The notes beneath the pieces are model-generated. The model was not told the DNA's origin and made no database searches. It saw only the letters and a program-made list of their open reading frames with translations. The translations under genes were made by a program, and so were the position numbers. A DNA stretch of 64,000 nucleotides from Lingula anatina (taxonomy: Eukaryota; Animalia; Brachiopoda): positions 30,151,967 to 30,215,966 of the forward strand of contig CM120640.1 in the NCBI GenBank assembly GCA_051362555.1, given 5' to 3'. This document shows positions 1 through 14,590 of the stretch, piece after piece (the first letter of the stretch is position 1; every line of letters begins with the position of its first letter).

Positions 1-3000
1 ACAGTGACAACAGAAACATTTACCGTAATAAGAATGAACACAACGAAAAAGAGTGAAAACGAAGTTGTACACAGTCATCTCATAATGTACAAACATATTC
101 AGTAACAATACAGAATAGACACAGCAGACAGAATATAAAGAGACACATAGATATCAGTGACAACACCATCATGCAGAGTAATAATAATGATTACAAACAA
201 ATAGAGTGACAAAACTGACATAAACAGTGCTCACAATAAATACAAACATCAACAGTAACAACAGCAACAAACACAGTAATAAAAATAAATGCAAACAAAA
301 AGTCACAAAACAGACATACACAGCGATTAGAAAAAAAATTCACATGTACAGTGAGAACAGTAACATTCACCGTAATAAGAATGAACACAACGAAAAACAG
401 TGAAAACGAAGTTGTACACAGTCATCTCATAATGTACAAACATATTCAGTAACAATACAGAATAGACACAGCAGACAATATAAAGAGACACAGAGATACA
501 GTGACAACACCATCATACAGAGAAATAGTAATGATTACATAGAAACACAGTCACAATACAGACATGCACAGTGATCAGAATAAATTTTAACATGTACAAT
601 GACCACACAACCATGCATAGTAACAAGAATAAATTAAAACAAACACAGTAAAAATATAGACAAACACAGTAATTAAAAACAAATTTCACTTGTACAGAGA
701 CAACAGTAACATTTGCCGTAATAAGAATGAACACAACGAAAAACAGTGAAAACGAAGTTGTACACAGTCATCTCATAATGTACAAACACATTCAGTAACA
801 ATACAGAATAGACACAGCAAAGAGAATATAAACAGACACATAGACATACAGTGAAAACACCATCACGCAGAGTAATAGTAATGATTACAAACAAATAGAG
901 TGACAAAACTGACATAAACAGTGCTCACAATAAATACAAACATCAACAGTAACAACACCAACAAACAGTAATCAAAATAAATACAAAGAAACACAGTCAC
1001 AATACATTCATACACAGTGATCAGAATAAATTTTGACATGTACAGTGACAAAAGTAAGATTCACCATAATAAGACTGAACAAAACGAAAAAGAGTGAAAA
1101 CGAAGTTGTACACAGTCATCTCATAATGTACAAACATATTCAGTAACAATACAGAATAGACACAGCAGACAGAATATAAAGAGACACATAGAGATACAGT
1201 GACAACACCATCATGCAGAGTAATAATAATGATTACAAACAAATAGAGTGACAAAACTGACATAAACAGTGCTCACAATAAATACAAACATCAACAGTAA
1301 CAACATCAACAAACACAGTAATCAAAATAAATGCAAACAAAAAGTCACAAAACAGACATACACAGCGATTAGAAAAAAAATTCACATGTACAGTGACAAG
1401 AATGAACACAACGAAAAACAGTGAAAACGAAGTTGTACACAGTCATCTCATAATGTGCAAACATATTCAGTAACAATACATAATAGACACAGCAGACAGA
1501 ATATAAAGAGACACATAGATACAGTGACAACACCATCATACAGAGAAATAGTAATGATTACATACAAACACAGTCACAATACAGACATACACAGTGATCA
1601 GAATAAATTTTAACATGTATGGTGACCACACAACCATGCATAGTAACAAGAATAAACACAAATTAATCGGGCGATTACACAGTCATACACAGTGATCACA
1701 ATAAATAGAAACATCAACATAAAAAAACTGACATAAACAGTGGTCAAAATAAATATTAACAGGTACAGTGATAATAACATGCACAATAATCAAAATGAAT
1801 ACAAACAAACACAGTCACAATACAGACATACACAGTGATCAGAATAAATTTTGATATGTCCAGTGACCACAGAACCATGCATAGTAACAAGAATAAACAA
1901 AAATTAATCGGGTGATTACACAGTCATACACAGTGATCACAATATATATACAAACACATTCAATGACAATACAGAATGGAAACAGTGATCAGAGTATAAA
2001 CAGACACATAAACTATAATGACAGTGACATCACCAACATGCACAGTTAAAATAATGACTAAAAATAAATAAACAGACAAAACTGACATCCACATTGCTGA
2101 CAATAGATATAAACACAAACAGTGCCAACGCTAAAATGCACAATGATCAAAATGACTACAAATAGAGTGACAAAACTGACATACACAGTGCTCACAATAA
2201 ATACAAACACGAACAGTGACAAAACAAACATGCACAGTAATCAAAATAAATAAAAACAAGCACAGTCAAAACACAGACATACACAATGATTAGAAAAAAA
2301 TCAAATGTACAGTGACAACAGTAACGTGCAACATAATGAGAACGAACACAACGAAAAAATGTAAAAAACATAGCTGCACACAGTCATCACAGTATGTACA
2401 AACTCATTCAGTAACAATACAGAATAGGCACAGCAAAGATAATGTAAACAGACACATAGACATACAGTGACAACACCATCATGGAGAGTAATAGTAATGA
2501 TTACAAACAAATAGAGTGACAAAACTGACATACACAGTGCTCACAATAAATACAAACATCATCAGTAACAACAGCAACAAACACAGTAATCAAATTAAAT
2601 GCAAACAAAAACAGTCACAAAACAGACATACACAGTGATTAGGAAAAAAATTCACATGTACAGTGACAACAGTAACATTCACCGTAATAAGAATGAACAC
2701 AACGAAAAACAGTGAAAACGAAGTTGTACACAGTCATCTCATAATGTACAAACATATTCAGTAACAATACAGAATAGACACAGCAGACAATATAAAGAGA
2801 CACAGAGATACAGTGACAACACCATCATACAGAGAAATAGTAATGATTACATAGAAACACAGTCACAATACAGACATGCACAGTGATCAGAATAAATTTT
2901 AACATGTACAATGACCACACAACCATGCATAGTAACAAGAATAAATTAAAACAAACACAGTAAAAATATAGACAAACACAGTAATTAAAAACAAATTTCA

Positions 3001-3289
3001 CTTGTACAGAGACAACAGTAACATTTGCCGTAATAAGAATGAACACAACGAAAAACAGTGAAAACGAAGTTGTACACAGTCATCTCATAATGTACAAACA
3101 CATTCAGTAACAATACAGAATAGACACAGCAAAGAGAATATAAACAGACACATAGACATACAGTGAAAACACCATCACGCAGAGTAATAGTAATGATTAC
3201 AAACAAATAGAGTGACAAAACTGACATAACAGTGCTCACAATAAATACAAACATCAACAGTAACAACACCAACATACACAGTAATCAAA

Positions 3290-6200
3290 ATAAATACAAA
3301 GAAACACAGTCACAATACATTCATACACAGTGATCAGAATAAATTTTGACATGTACAGTGACAAAAGTAAGATTCACCATAATAAGACTGAACAAAACGA
3401 AAAAGAGTGAAAACGAAGTTGTACACAGTCATCTCATAATGTACAAACATATTCAGTAACAATACAGAATAGACACAGCAGACAGAATATAAAGAGACAC
3501 ATAGAGATACAGTGACAACACCATCATGCAGAGTAATAATAATGATTACAAACAAATAGAGTGACAAAACTGACATAAACAGTGCTCACAATAAATACAA
3601 ACATCAACAGTAACAACATCAACAAACACAGTAATCAAAATAAATGCAAACAAAAAGTCACAAAACAGACATACACAGCGATTAGAAAAAAAATTCACAT
3701 GTACAGTGACAAGAATGAACACAACGAAAAACAGTGAAAAGGAAGTTGTACACAGTCATCTCATAATGTGCAAACACATTCAGTAACAATACATAATAGA
3801 CACAGCAGACAGAATATAAAGAGACACATAGAGATACAGTGACAACACCATCATACAGAGTAATAGTAATGATTACATACAAACACAGTCACAATACAGA
3901 CATACACAGTGATCAGAATAAATTTTAACATGTATGGTGACCACACAACCATGCATAGTAACAAGAATAAACACAAATTAATCGGGTGATTACACAGTCA
4001 TACACAGTGATCACAATAAATAGAAACATCAACATAAAAAAACTGACATAAACAGTGGTCAAAATAAATATTAACAGGTACAGTGATAATAACATGCACA
4101 ATAATCAAAATGAATACAAACAAACACAGTCACAATACAGACATACACAGTGATCAGAATAAATTTTGATATGTCCAGTGACCACAGAACCATGCATAGT
4201 TACAAGAATAAACAAAAATTAATCGGGTGATTACACAGTCATACACAGTGATCACAATATATATATATATACAAACACATTCAATGACAATACAGAATGG
4301 AAACAGTGATCAGAGTATAAACAGACACATAAACTATAATGACAGTGACATCACCAACATGCACAGTTAAAATAATGACTAAAAATAAATAAACAGACAA
4401 AACTGACATCCACATTGCTGACAATAGATATAAACACAAACAGTGCCAACGCTAAAATGCACAATGATCAAAATGACTACAAATAGAGTGACAAAACTGA
4501 CATACACAGTGCTCACAATAAATACAAACACGAACAGTGACAAAACAAACATGCACAGTAATCAAAATAAATAAAAACAAGCACAGTCAAAACACAGACA
4601 TACACAATGATTAGAAAAAAATCAAATGTACAGTGACAACAGTAACGTGCAACATAATGAGAACGAACACAACGAAAAAATGTAAAAAACATAGCTGCAC
4701 ACAGTCATCACAGTATGTACAAACTCATTCAGTAACAATACAGAATAGGCACAGCAAAGATAATGTAAACAGACACATAGACATACAGTGACAACACCAT
4801 CACGGAGAGTAATAGTAATGATTACAAACAAATAGAGTGACAAAACTGACATACACAGTGCTCACAATAAATACAAACATCATCAGTAACAACAGCAACA
4901 AACACAGTAATCAAATTAAATGCAAACAAAAACAGTCACAAAACAGACATACACAGTGATTAGGAAAAAAATTCACATGTACAGTGACAACAGTAACATT
5001 CACCGTAATAAGAATGAACACAACGAAAAACAGTGAAAACGAAGTTGTACACAGTCATCTCATAATGTACAAACATATTCAGTAACAATACAGAATAGAC
5101 ACAGCAGACAATATAAAGAGACACAGATACAGTGACAACACCATCATACAGAGAAATAGTAATGATTACATAGAAACACAGTCACAATACAGACATGCAC
5201 AGTGATCAGAATAAATTTTAACATGTACAATGACCACACAACCATGCATAGTAACAAGAATAAATTAAAACAAACACAGTAAAAATATAGACAAACACAG
5301 TAATTAAAAACAAATTTCACTTGTACAGAGACAACAGTAACATTTGCCGTAATAAGAATGAACACAACGAAAAACAGTGAAAACGAAGTTGTACACAGTC
5401 ATCTCATAATGTACAAACACATTCAGTAACAATACAGAATAGACACAGCAAAGAGAATATAAACAGACACATAGACATACAGTGAAAACACCATCACGCA
5501 GAGTAATAGTAATGATTACAAACAAATAGAGTGACAAAACTGACATAACAGTGCTCACAATAAATACAAACATCAACAGTAACAACACCAACATACACAG
5601 TAATCAAAATAAATACAAAGAAACACAGTCACAATACATTCATACACAGTGATCAGAATAAATTTTGACATGTACAGTGACAAAAGTAAGATTCACCATA
5701 ATAAGACTGAACAAAACGAAAAAGAGTGAAAACGAAGTTGTACACAGTCATCTCATAATGTACAAACATATTCAGTAACAATACAGAATAGACACAGCAG
5801 ACAGAATATAAAGAGACACATAGAGATACAGTGACAACACCATCATGCAGAGTAATAATAATGATTACAAACAAATAGAGTGACAAAACTGACATAAACA
5901 GTGCTCACAATAAATACAAACATCAACAGTAACAACATCAACAAACACAGTAATCAAAATAAATGCAAACAAAAAGTCACAAAACAGACATACACAGCGA
6001 TTAGAAAAAAAATTCACATGTACAGTGACAAGAATGAACACAACGAAAAACAGTGAAAAGGAAGTTGTACACAGTCATCTCATAATGTGCAAACACATTC
6101 AGTAACAATACATAATAGACACAGCAGACAGAATATAAAGAGACACATAGAGATACAGTGACAACACCATCATACAGAGTAATAGTAATGATTACATACA

Positions 6201-9200
6201 AACACAGTCACAATACAGACATACACAGTGATCAGAATAAATTTTAACATGTATGGTGACCACACAACCATGCATAGTAACAAGAATAAACACAAATTAA
6301 TCGGGTGATTACACAGTCATACACAGTGATCACAATAAATAGAAACATCAACATAAAAAAACTGACATAAACAGTGGTCAAAATAAATATTAACAGGTAC
6401 AGTGATAATAACATGCACAATAATCAAAATGAATACAAACAAACACAGTCACAATACAGACATACACAGTGATCAGAATAAATTTTGATATGTCCAGTGA
6501 CCACAGAACCATGCATAGTTACAAGAATAAACAAAAATTAATCGAGTGATTACACAGTCATACACAGTGATCACAATATATATATACAAACACATTCAAT
6601 GACAATACAGAATGGAAACAGTGATCAGAGTATAAACAGACACATAAACTATAATGACAGTGACATCACCAACATGCACAGTTAAAATAATGACTAAAAA
6701 TAAATAAACAGACAAAACTGACATCCACATTGCTGACAATAGATATAAACACAAACAGTGCCAACGCTAAAATGCACAATGATCAAAATGACTACAAATA
6801 GAGTGACAAAACTGACATACACAGTGCTCACAATAAATACAAACACGAACAGTGACAAAACAAACATGCACAGTAATCAAAATAAATAAAAACAAGCACA
6901 GTCAAAACACAGACATACACAATGATTAGAAAAAAATCAAATGTACAGTGACAACAGTAACGTGCAACATAATGAGAACGAACACAACGAAAAAATGTAA
7001 AAAACATAGCTGCACACAGTCATCACAGTATGTACAAACTCATTCAGTAACAATACAGAATAGGCACAGCAAAGATAATGTAAACAGACACATAGACATA
7101 CAGTGACAACACCATCACGGAGAGTAATAGTAATGATTACAAACAAATAGAGTGACAAAACTGACATACACAGTGCTCACAATAAATACAAACATCATCA
7201 GTAACAACAGCAACAAACACAGTAATCAAATTAAATGCAAACAAAAACAGTCACAAAACAGACATACACAGTGATTAGGAAAAAAATTCACATGTACAGT
7301 GAAAACAGTAACATTCACCGTAATAAGAATGAACACAACGAAAAACAGTGAAAACGAAGTTGTACACAGTCATCTCATAATGTACAAACATATTCAGTAA
7401 CAATACAGAATAGACACAGCAGACAATATAAAGAGACACAGAGATACAGTGACAACACCATCATACAGAGAAATAGTAATGATTACATAGAAACACAGTC
7501 ACAATACAGACATGCACAGTGATCAGAATAAATTTTAACATGTACAATGACCACACAACCATGCATAGTAACAAGAATAAATTAAAACAAACACAGTAAA
7601 AATATAGACAAACACAGTAATTAAAAACAAATTTCACTTGTACAGAGACAACAGTAACATTTGCCGTAATAAGAATGAACACAACGAAAAACAGTGAAAA
7701 CGAAGTTGTACACAGTCATCTCATAATGTACAAACATATTCAGTAACAATACAGAATAGACACAGCAGACAGAATATAAAGAGACACATAGAGATACAGT
7801 GACAACACCATCATGCAGAGTAATAATAATGATTACAAACAAATAGAGTGACAAAACTGACATAAACAGTGCTCACAATAAATACAAACATCAACAGTAA
7901 CAACACCAACAAACAGTAATCAAAATAAATACAAAGAAACACAGTCACAATACATTCATACACAGTGATCAGAATAAATTTTGACATGTACAGTGACAAA
8001 AGTAAGATTCACCATAATAAGACTGAACAAAACGAAAAAGAGTGAAAACGAAGTTGTACACAGTCATCTCATAATGTACAAACATATTCAGTAACAATAC
8101 AGAATAGACACAGCAGACAGAATATAAAGAGACACATAGAGATACAGTGACAACACCATCATGCAGAGTAATAATAATGATTACAAACAAATAGAGTGAC
8201 AAAACTGACATAAACAGTGCTCACAATAAATACAAACATCAACAGTAACAACATCAACAAACACAGTAATCAAAATAAATGCAAACAAAAAGTCACAAAA
8301 CAGACATACACAGCGATTAGAAAAAAAATTCACATGTACAGTGACAAGAATGAACACAACGAAAAACAGTGAAAAGGAAGTTGTACACAGTCATCTCATA
8401 ATGTGCAAACACATTCAGTAACAATACATAATAGACACAGCAGACAGAATATAAAGAGACACATAGAGATACAGTGACAACACCATCATACAGAGTAATA
8501 GTAATGATTACATACAAACACAGTCACAATACAGACATACACAGTGATCAGAATAAATTTTAACATGTATGGTGACCACACAACCATGCATAGTAACAAG
8601 AATAAACACAAATTAATCGGGTGATTACACAGTCATACACAGTGATCACAATAAATAGAAACATCAACATAAAAAAACTGACATAAACAGTGGTCAAAAT
8701 AAATATTAACAGGTACAGTGATAATAACATGCACAATAATCAAAATGAATACAAACAAACACAGTCACAATACAGACATACACAGTGATCAGAATAAATT
8801 TTGATATGTCCAGTGACCACAGAACCATGCATAGTTACAAGAATAAACAAAAATTAATCGGGTGATTACACAGTCATACACAGTGATCACAATATATATA
8901 TATATACAAACACATTCAATGACAATACAGAATGGAAACAGTGATCAGAGTATAAACAGACACATAAACTATAATGACAGTGACATCACCAACATGCACA
9001 GTTAAAATAATGACTAAAAATAAATAAACAGACAAAACTGACATCCACATTGCTGACAATAGATATAAACACAAACAGTGCCAACGCTAAAATGCACAAT
9101 GATCAAAATGACTACAAATAGAGTGACAAAACTGACATACACAGTGCTCACAATAAATACAAACACGAACAGTGACAAAACAAACATGCACAGTAATCAA

Positions 9201-12200
9201 AATAAATAAAAACAAGCACAGTCAAAACACAGACATACACAATGATTAGAAAAAAATCAAATGTACAGTGACAACAGTAACGTGCAACATAATGAGAACG
9301 AACACAACGAAAAAATGTAAAAAACATAGCTGCACACAGTCATCACAGTATGTACAAACTCATTCAGTAACAATACAGAATAGGCACAGCAAAGATAATG
9401 TAAACAGACACATAGACATACAGTGACAACACCATCACGGAGAGTAATAGTAATGATTACAAACAAATAGAGTGACAAAACTGACATACACAGTGCTCAC
9501 AATAAATACAAACATCATCAGTAACAACAGCAACAAACACAGTAATCAAATTAAATGCAAACAAAAACAGTCACAAAACAGACATACACAGTGATTAGGA
9601 AAAAAATTCACATGTACAGTGACAACAGTAACATTCACCGTAATAAGAATGAACACAACGAAAAACAGTGAAAACGAAGTTGTACACAGTCATCTCATAA
9701 TGTACAAACATATTCAGTAACAATACAGAATAGACACAGCAGACAATATAAAGAGACACAGATACAGTGACAACACCATCATACAGAGAAATAGTAATGA
9801 TTACATAGAAACACAGTCACAATACAGACATGCACAGTGATCAGAATAAATTTTAACATGTACAATGACCACACAACCATGCATAGTAACAAGAATAAAT
9901 TAAAACAAACACAGTAAAAATATAGACAAACACAGTAATTAAAAACAAATTTCACTTGTACAGAGACAACAGTAACATTTGCCGTAATAAGAATGAACAC
10001 AACGAAAAACAGTGAAAACGAAGTTGTACACAGTCATCTCATAATGTACAAACACATTCAGTAACAATACAGAATAGACACAGCAAAGAGAATATAAACA
10101 GACACATAGACATACAGTGAAAACACCATCACGCAGAGTAATAGTAATGATTACAAACAAATAGAGTGACAAAACTGACATAACAGTGCTCACAATAAAT
10201 ACAAACATCAACAGTAACAACACCAACATACACAGTAATCAAAATAAATACAAAGAAACACAGTCACAATACATTCATACACAGTGATCAGAATAAATTT
10301 TGACATGTACAGTGACAAAAGTAAGATTCACCATAATAAGACTGAACAAAACGAAAAAGAGTGAAAACGAAGTTGTACACAGTCATCTCATAATGTACAA
10401 ACATATTCAGTAACAATACAGAATAGACACAGCAGACAGAATATAAAGAGACACATAGAGATACAGTGACAACACCATCATGCAGAGTAATAATAATGAT
10501 TACAAACAAATAGAGTGACAAAACTGACATAAACAGTGCTCACAATAAATACAAACATCAACAGTAACAACATCAACAAACACAGTAATCAAAATAAATG
10601 CAAACAAAAAGTCACAAAACAGACATACACAGCGATTAGAAAAAAAATTCACATGTACAGTGACAAGAATGAACACAACGAAAAACAGTGAAAAGGAAGT
10701 TGTACACAGTCATCTCATAATGTGCAAACACATTCAGTAACAATACATAATAGACACAGCAGACAGAATATAAAGAGACACATAGAGATACAGTGACAAC
10801 ACCATCATACAGAGTAATAGTAATGATTACATACAAACACAGTCACAATACAGACATACACAGTGATCAGAATAAATTTTAACATGTATGGTGACCACAC
10901 AACCATGCATAGTAACAAGAATAAACACAAATTAATCGGGTGATTACACAGTCATACACAGTGATCACAATAAATAGAAACATCAACATAAAAAAACTGA
11001 CATAAACAGTGGTCAAAATAAATATTAACAGGTACAGTGATAATAACATGCACAATAATCAAAATGAATACAAACAAACACAGTCACAATACAGACATAC
11101 ACAGTGATCAGAATAAATTTTGATATGTCCAGTGACCACAGAACCATGCATAGTTACAAGAATAAACAAAAATTAATCGAGTGATTACACAGTCATACAC
11201 AGTGATCACAATATATATATACAAACACATTCAATGACAATACAGAATGGAAACAGTGATCAGAGTATAAACAGACACATAAACTATAATGACAGTGACA
11301 TCACCAACATGCACAGTTAAAATAATGACTAAAAATAAATAAACAGACAAAACTGACATCCACATTGCTGACAATAGATATAAACACAAACAGTGCCAAC
11401 GCTAAAATGCACAATGATCAAAATGACTACAAATAGAGTGACAAAACTGACATACACAGTGCTCACAATAAATACAAACACGAACAGTGACAAAACAAAC
11501 ATGCACAGTAATCAAAATAAATAAAAACAAGCACAGTCAAAACACAGACATACACAATGATTAGAAAAAAATCAAATGTACAGTGACAACAGTAACGTGC
11601 AACATAATGAGAACGAACACAACGAAAAAATGTAAAAAACATAGCTGCACACAGTCATCACAGTATGTACAAACTCATTCAGTAACAATACAGAATAGGC
11701 ACAGCAAAGATAATGTAAACAGACACATAGACATACAGTGACAACACCATCACGGAGAGTAATAGTAATGATTACAAACAAATAGAGTGACAAAACTGAC
11801 ATACACAGTGCTCACAATAAATACAAACATCATCAGTAACAACAGCAACAAACACAGTAATCAAATTAAATGCAAACAAAAACAGTCACAAAACAGACAT
11901 ACACAGTGATTAGGAAAAAAATTCACATGTACAGTGAAAACAGTAACATTCACCGTAATAAGAATGAACACAACGAAAAACAGTGAAAACGAAGTTGTAC
12001 ACAGTCATCTCATAATGTACAAACATATTCAGTAACAATACAGAATAGACACAGCAGACAATATAAAGAGACACAGAGATACAGTGACAACACCATCATA
12101 CAGAGAAATAGTAATGATTACATAGAAACACAGTCACAATACAGACATGCACAGTGATCAGAATAAATTTTAACATGTACAATGACCACACAACCATGCA

Positions 12201-12690
12201 TAGTAACAAGAATAAATTAAAACAAACACAGTAAAAATATAGACAAACACAGTAATTAAAAACAAATTTCACTTGTACAGAGACAACAGTAACATTTGCC
12301 GTAATAAGAATGAACACAACGAAAAACAGTGAAAACGAAGTTGTACACAGTCATCTCATAATGTACAAACATATTCAGTAACAATACAGAATAGACACAG
12401 CAGACAGAATATAAAGAGACACATAGAGATACAGTGACAACACCATCATGCAGAGTAATAATAATGATTACAAACAAATAGAGTGACAAAACTGACATAA
12501 ACAGTGCTCACAATAAATACAAACATCAACAGTAACAACACCAACAAACAGTAATCAAAATAAATACAAAGAAACACAGTCACAATACATTCATACACAG
12601 TGATCAGAATAAATTTTGACATGTACAGTGACAAAAGTAAGATTCACCATAATAAGACTGAACAAAACGAAAAAGAGTGAAAACGAAGTT
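3290..12690. repeat. Two tandem copies of a 4,635-bp super-repeat (dimer of HORs)
   Basis: ORF-track offsets of exactly 4,635 (4622/9257, 5144/9779, 6937/11572, 7461/12096). Private variants recur at that offset: ATCGAGTG at ~6541 and ~11176, and GTGAAAACAGTAAC at ~7299 and ~11934. Confidence 0.9.
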
Positions 12691-14590
12691 GTACACAGTC
12701 ATCTCGTAATGTACAAACATATTCAGTAACAATACAGAATAGACACAGCAGACAGAATATAAAGAGACACATAGTGATACAGTGACAACACCATCATGCA
12801 GAGTAATAATAATGATTACAAACAAATAGAGTGACAAAACTGACATAAACAGTGCTCACAATAAATACAAACATCAACAGTAACAACATCAACAAACACA
12901 GTAATCAAAATAAATGCAAACAAAAAGTCACAAAACAGACATACACAGCGATTAGAAAAAAAATTCACATGTACAGTGACAAGAATGAACACAACGAAAA
13001 ACAGTGAAAACGAAGTTGTACACAGTCATCTCATAATGTGCAAACACATTCAGTAACAATACATAATAGACACAGCAGACAGAATATAAAGAGACACATA
13101 GAGATACAGTGACAACACCATCATACAGAGTAATAGTAATGATTACATACAAACACAGTCACAATACAGACATACACAGTGATCAGAATAAATTTTAACA
13201 TGTATAGTGACCACACAACCATGCATAGTAACAAGAATAAACACAAATTAATCGGGTGATTACACAGTCATACACAGTGATCACAATAAATAGAAACATC
13301 AACATAAAAAAACTGACATAAACAGTGGTCAAAATAAATATTAACAGGTACAGTGATAATAACATGCACAATAATCAAAATGAATACAAACAAACACAGT
13401 CACAATAGACATACACAGTGATCAGAATAAATTTTGATATGTCCAGTGACCACAGAACCATGCATAGTAACAAGAATAAACAAAAATTAATCGGGTGATT
13501 ACACAGTCATACACAGTGATCACAATATATATACAAACACATTCAATGACAATACAGAATGGAAACAGTGATCAGAGTATAAACAGACACATAAACTATA
13601 ATGACAGTGACATCACCAACATGCACAGTTAAAATAATGACTAAAAATAAATAAACAGACAAACCTGACATCCACATTGCTGACAATAGATATAAACACA
13701 AACAGTGCCAACGCTAAAATGCACAATGATCAAAATGACTACAAATAGAGTGACAAAACTGACATACACAGTGCTCACAATAAATACAAACACGAACAGT
13801 GACAAAACAAACATGCACAGTAATCAAAATAAATAAAAACAAGCACAGTCAAAACACAGACATACACAATGATTAGAAAAAAATCAAATGTACAGTGACA
13901 ACAGTAACGTGCAACATAATGAGAACGAACACAACGAAAAAATGTAAAAAACATAGCTGCACACAGTCATCACAGTATGTACAAACTCATTCAGTAACAA
14001 TACAGAATAGGCACAGCAAAGATAATGTAAACAGACACATAGACATACAGTGACAACACCATCATGGAGAGTAATAGTAATGATTACAAACAAATAGAGT
14101 GACAAAACTGACATACACAGTGCTCACAATAAATACAAACATCAACAGTAACAACATCAACAAACACAGTAATCAAAATAAATACAAAGAAACACAGTCA
14201 CAATACATTCATACACAGTGATCAAAATAAATTTTGACATGTACAGTGAGAACAGTAACATTCACCGTAATAAGAATGAACACAATGAAAAACAGTGAAA
14301 ACGAAGTTGTACACAGTCATCTCATAATGTACAAACACATTCAGTAACAATACAAAATAGACACAGCACACAGAATATAAAGAGACACAGAGATACACTG
14401 ACAACACAATCGTGCAGAGTAATAGTAATGATTACAAACAAATAGAGTGACAAAACTGACATACACAGTGCTCAAAATAAATACAAACACGAACAGTGAC
14501 AACACAAACATGCACAGTAACCAAAATAAATAAAAACAAACACAGTCACAATACATTCATACACAGTGATCAGAATAAATTTTGACATGT

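Noticed and set aside
31-50. CENP-B box-like TTTCGTTG on the minus strand of each monomer
   Set aside because: Only the 5' half matches YTTCGTTGGAARCGGGA. The essential A and CGGG positions are absent.
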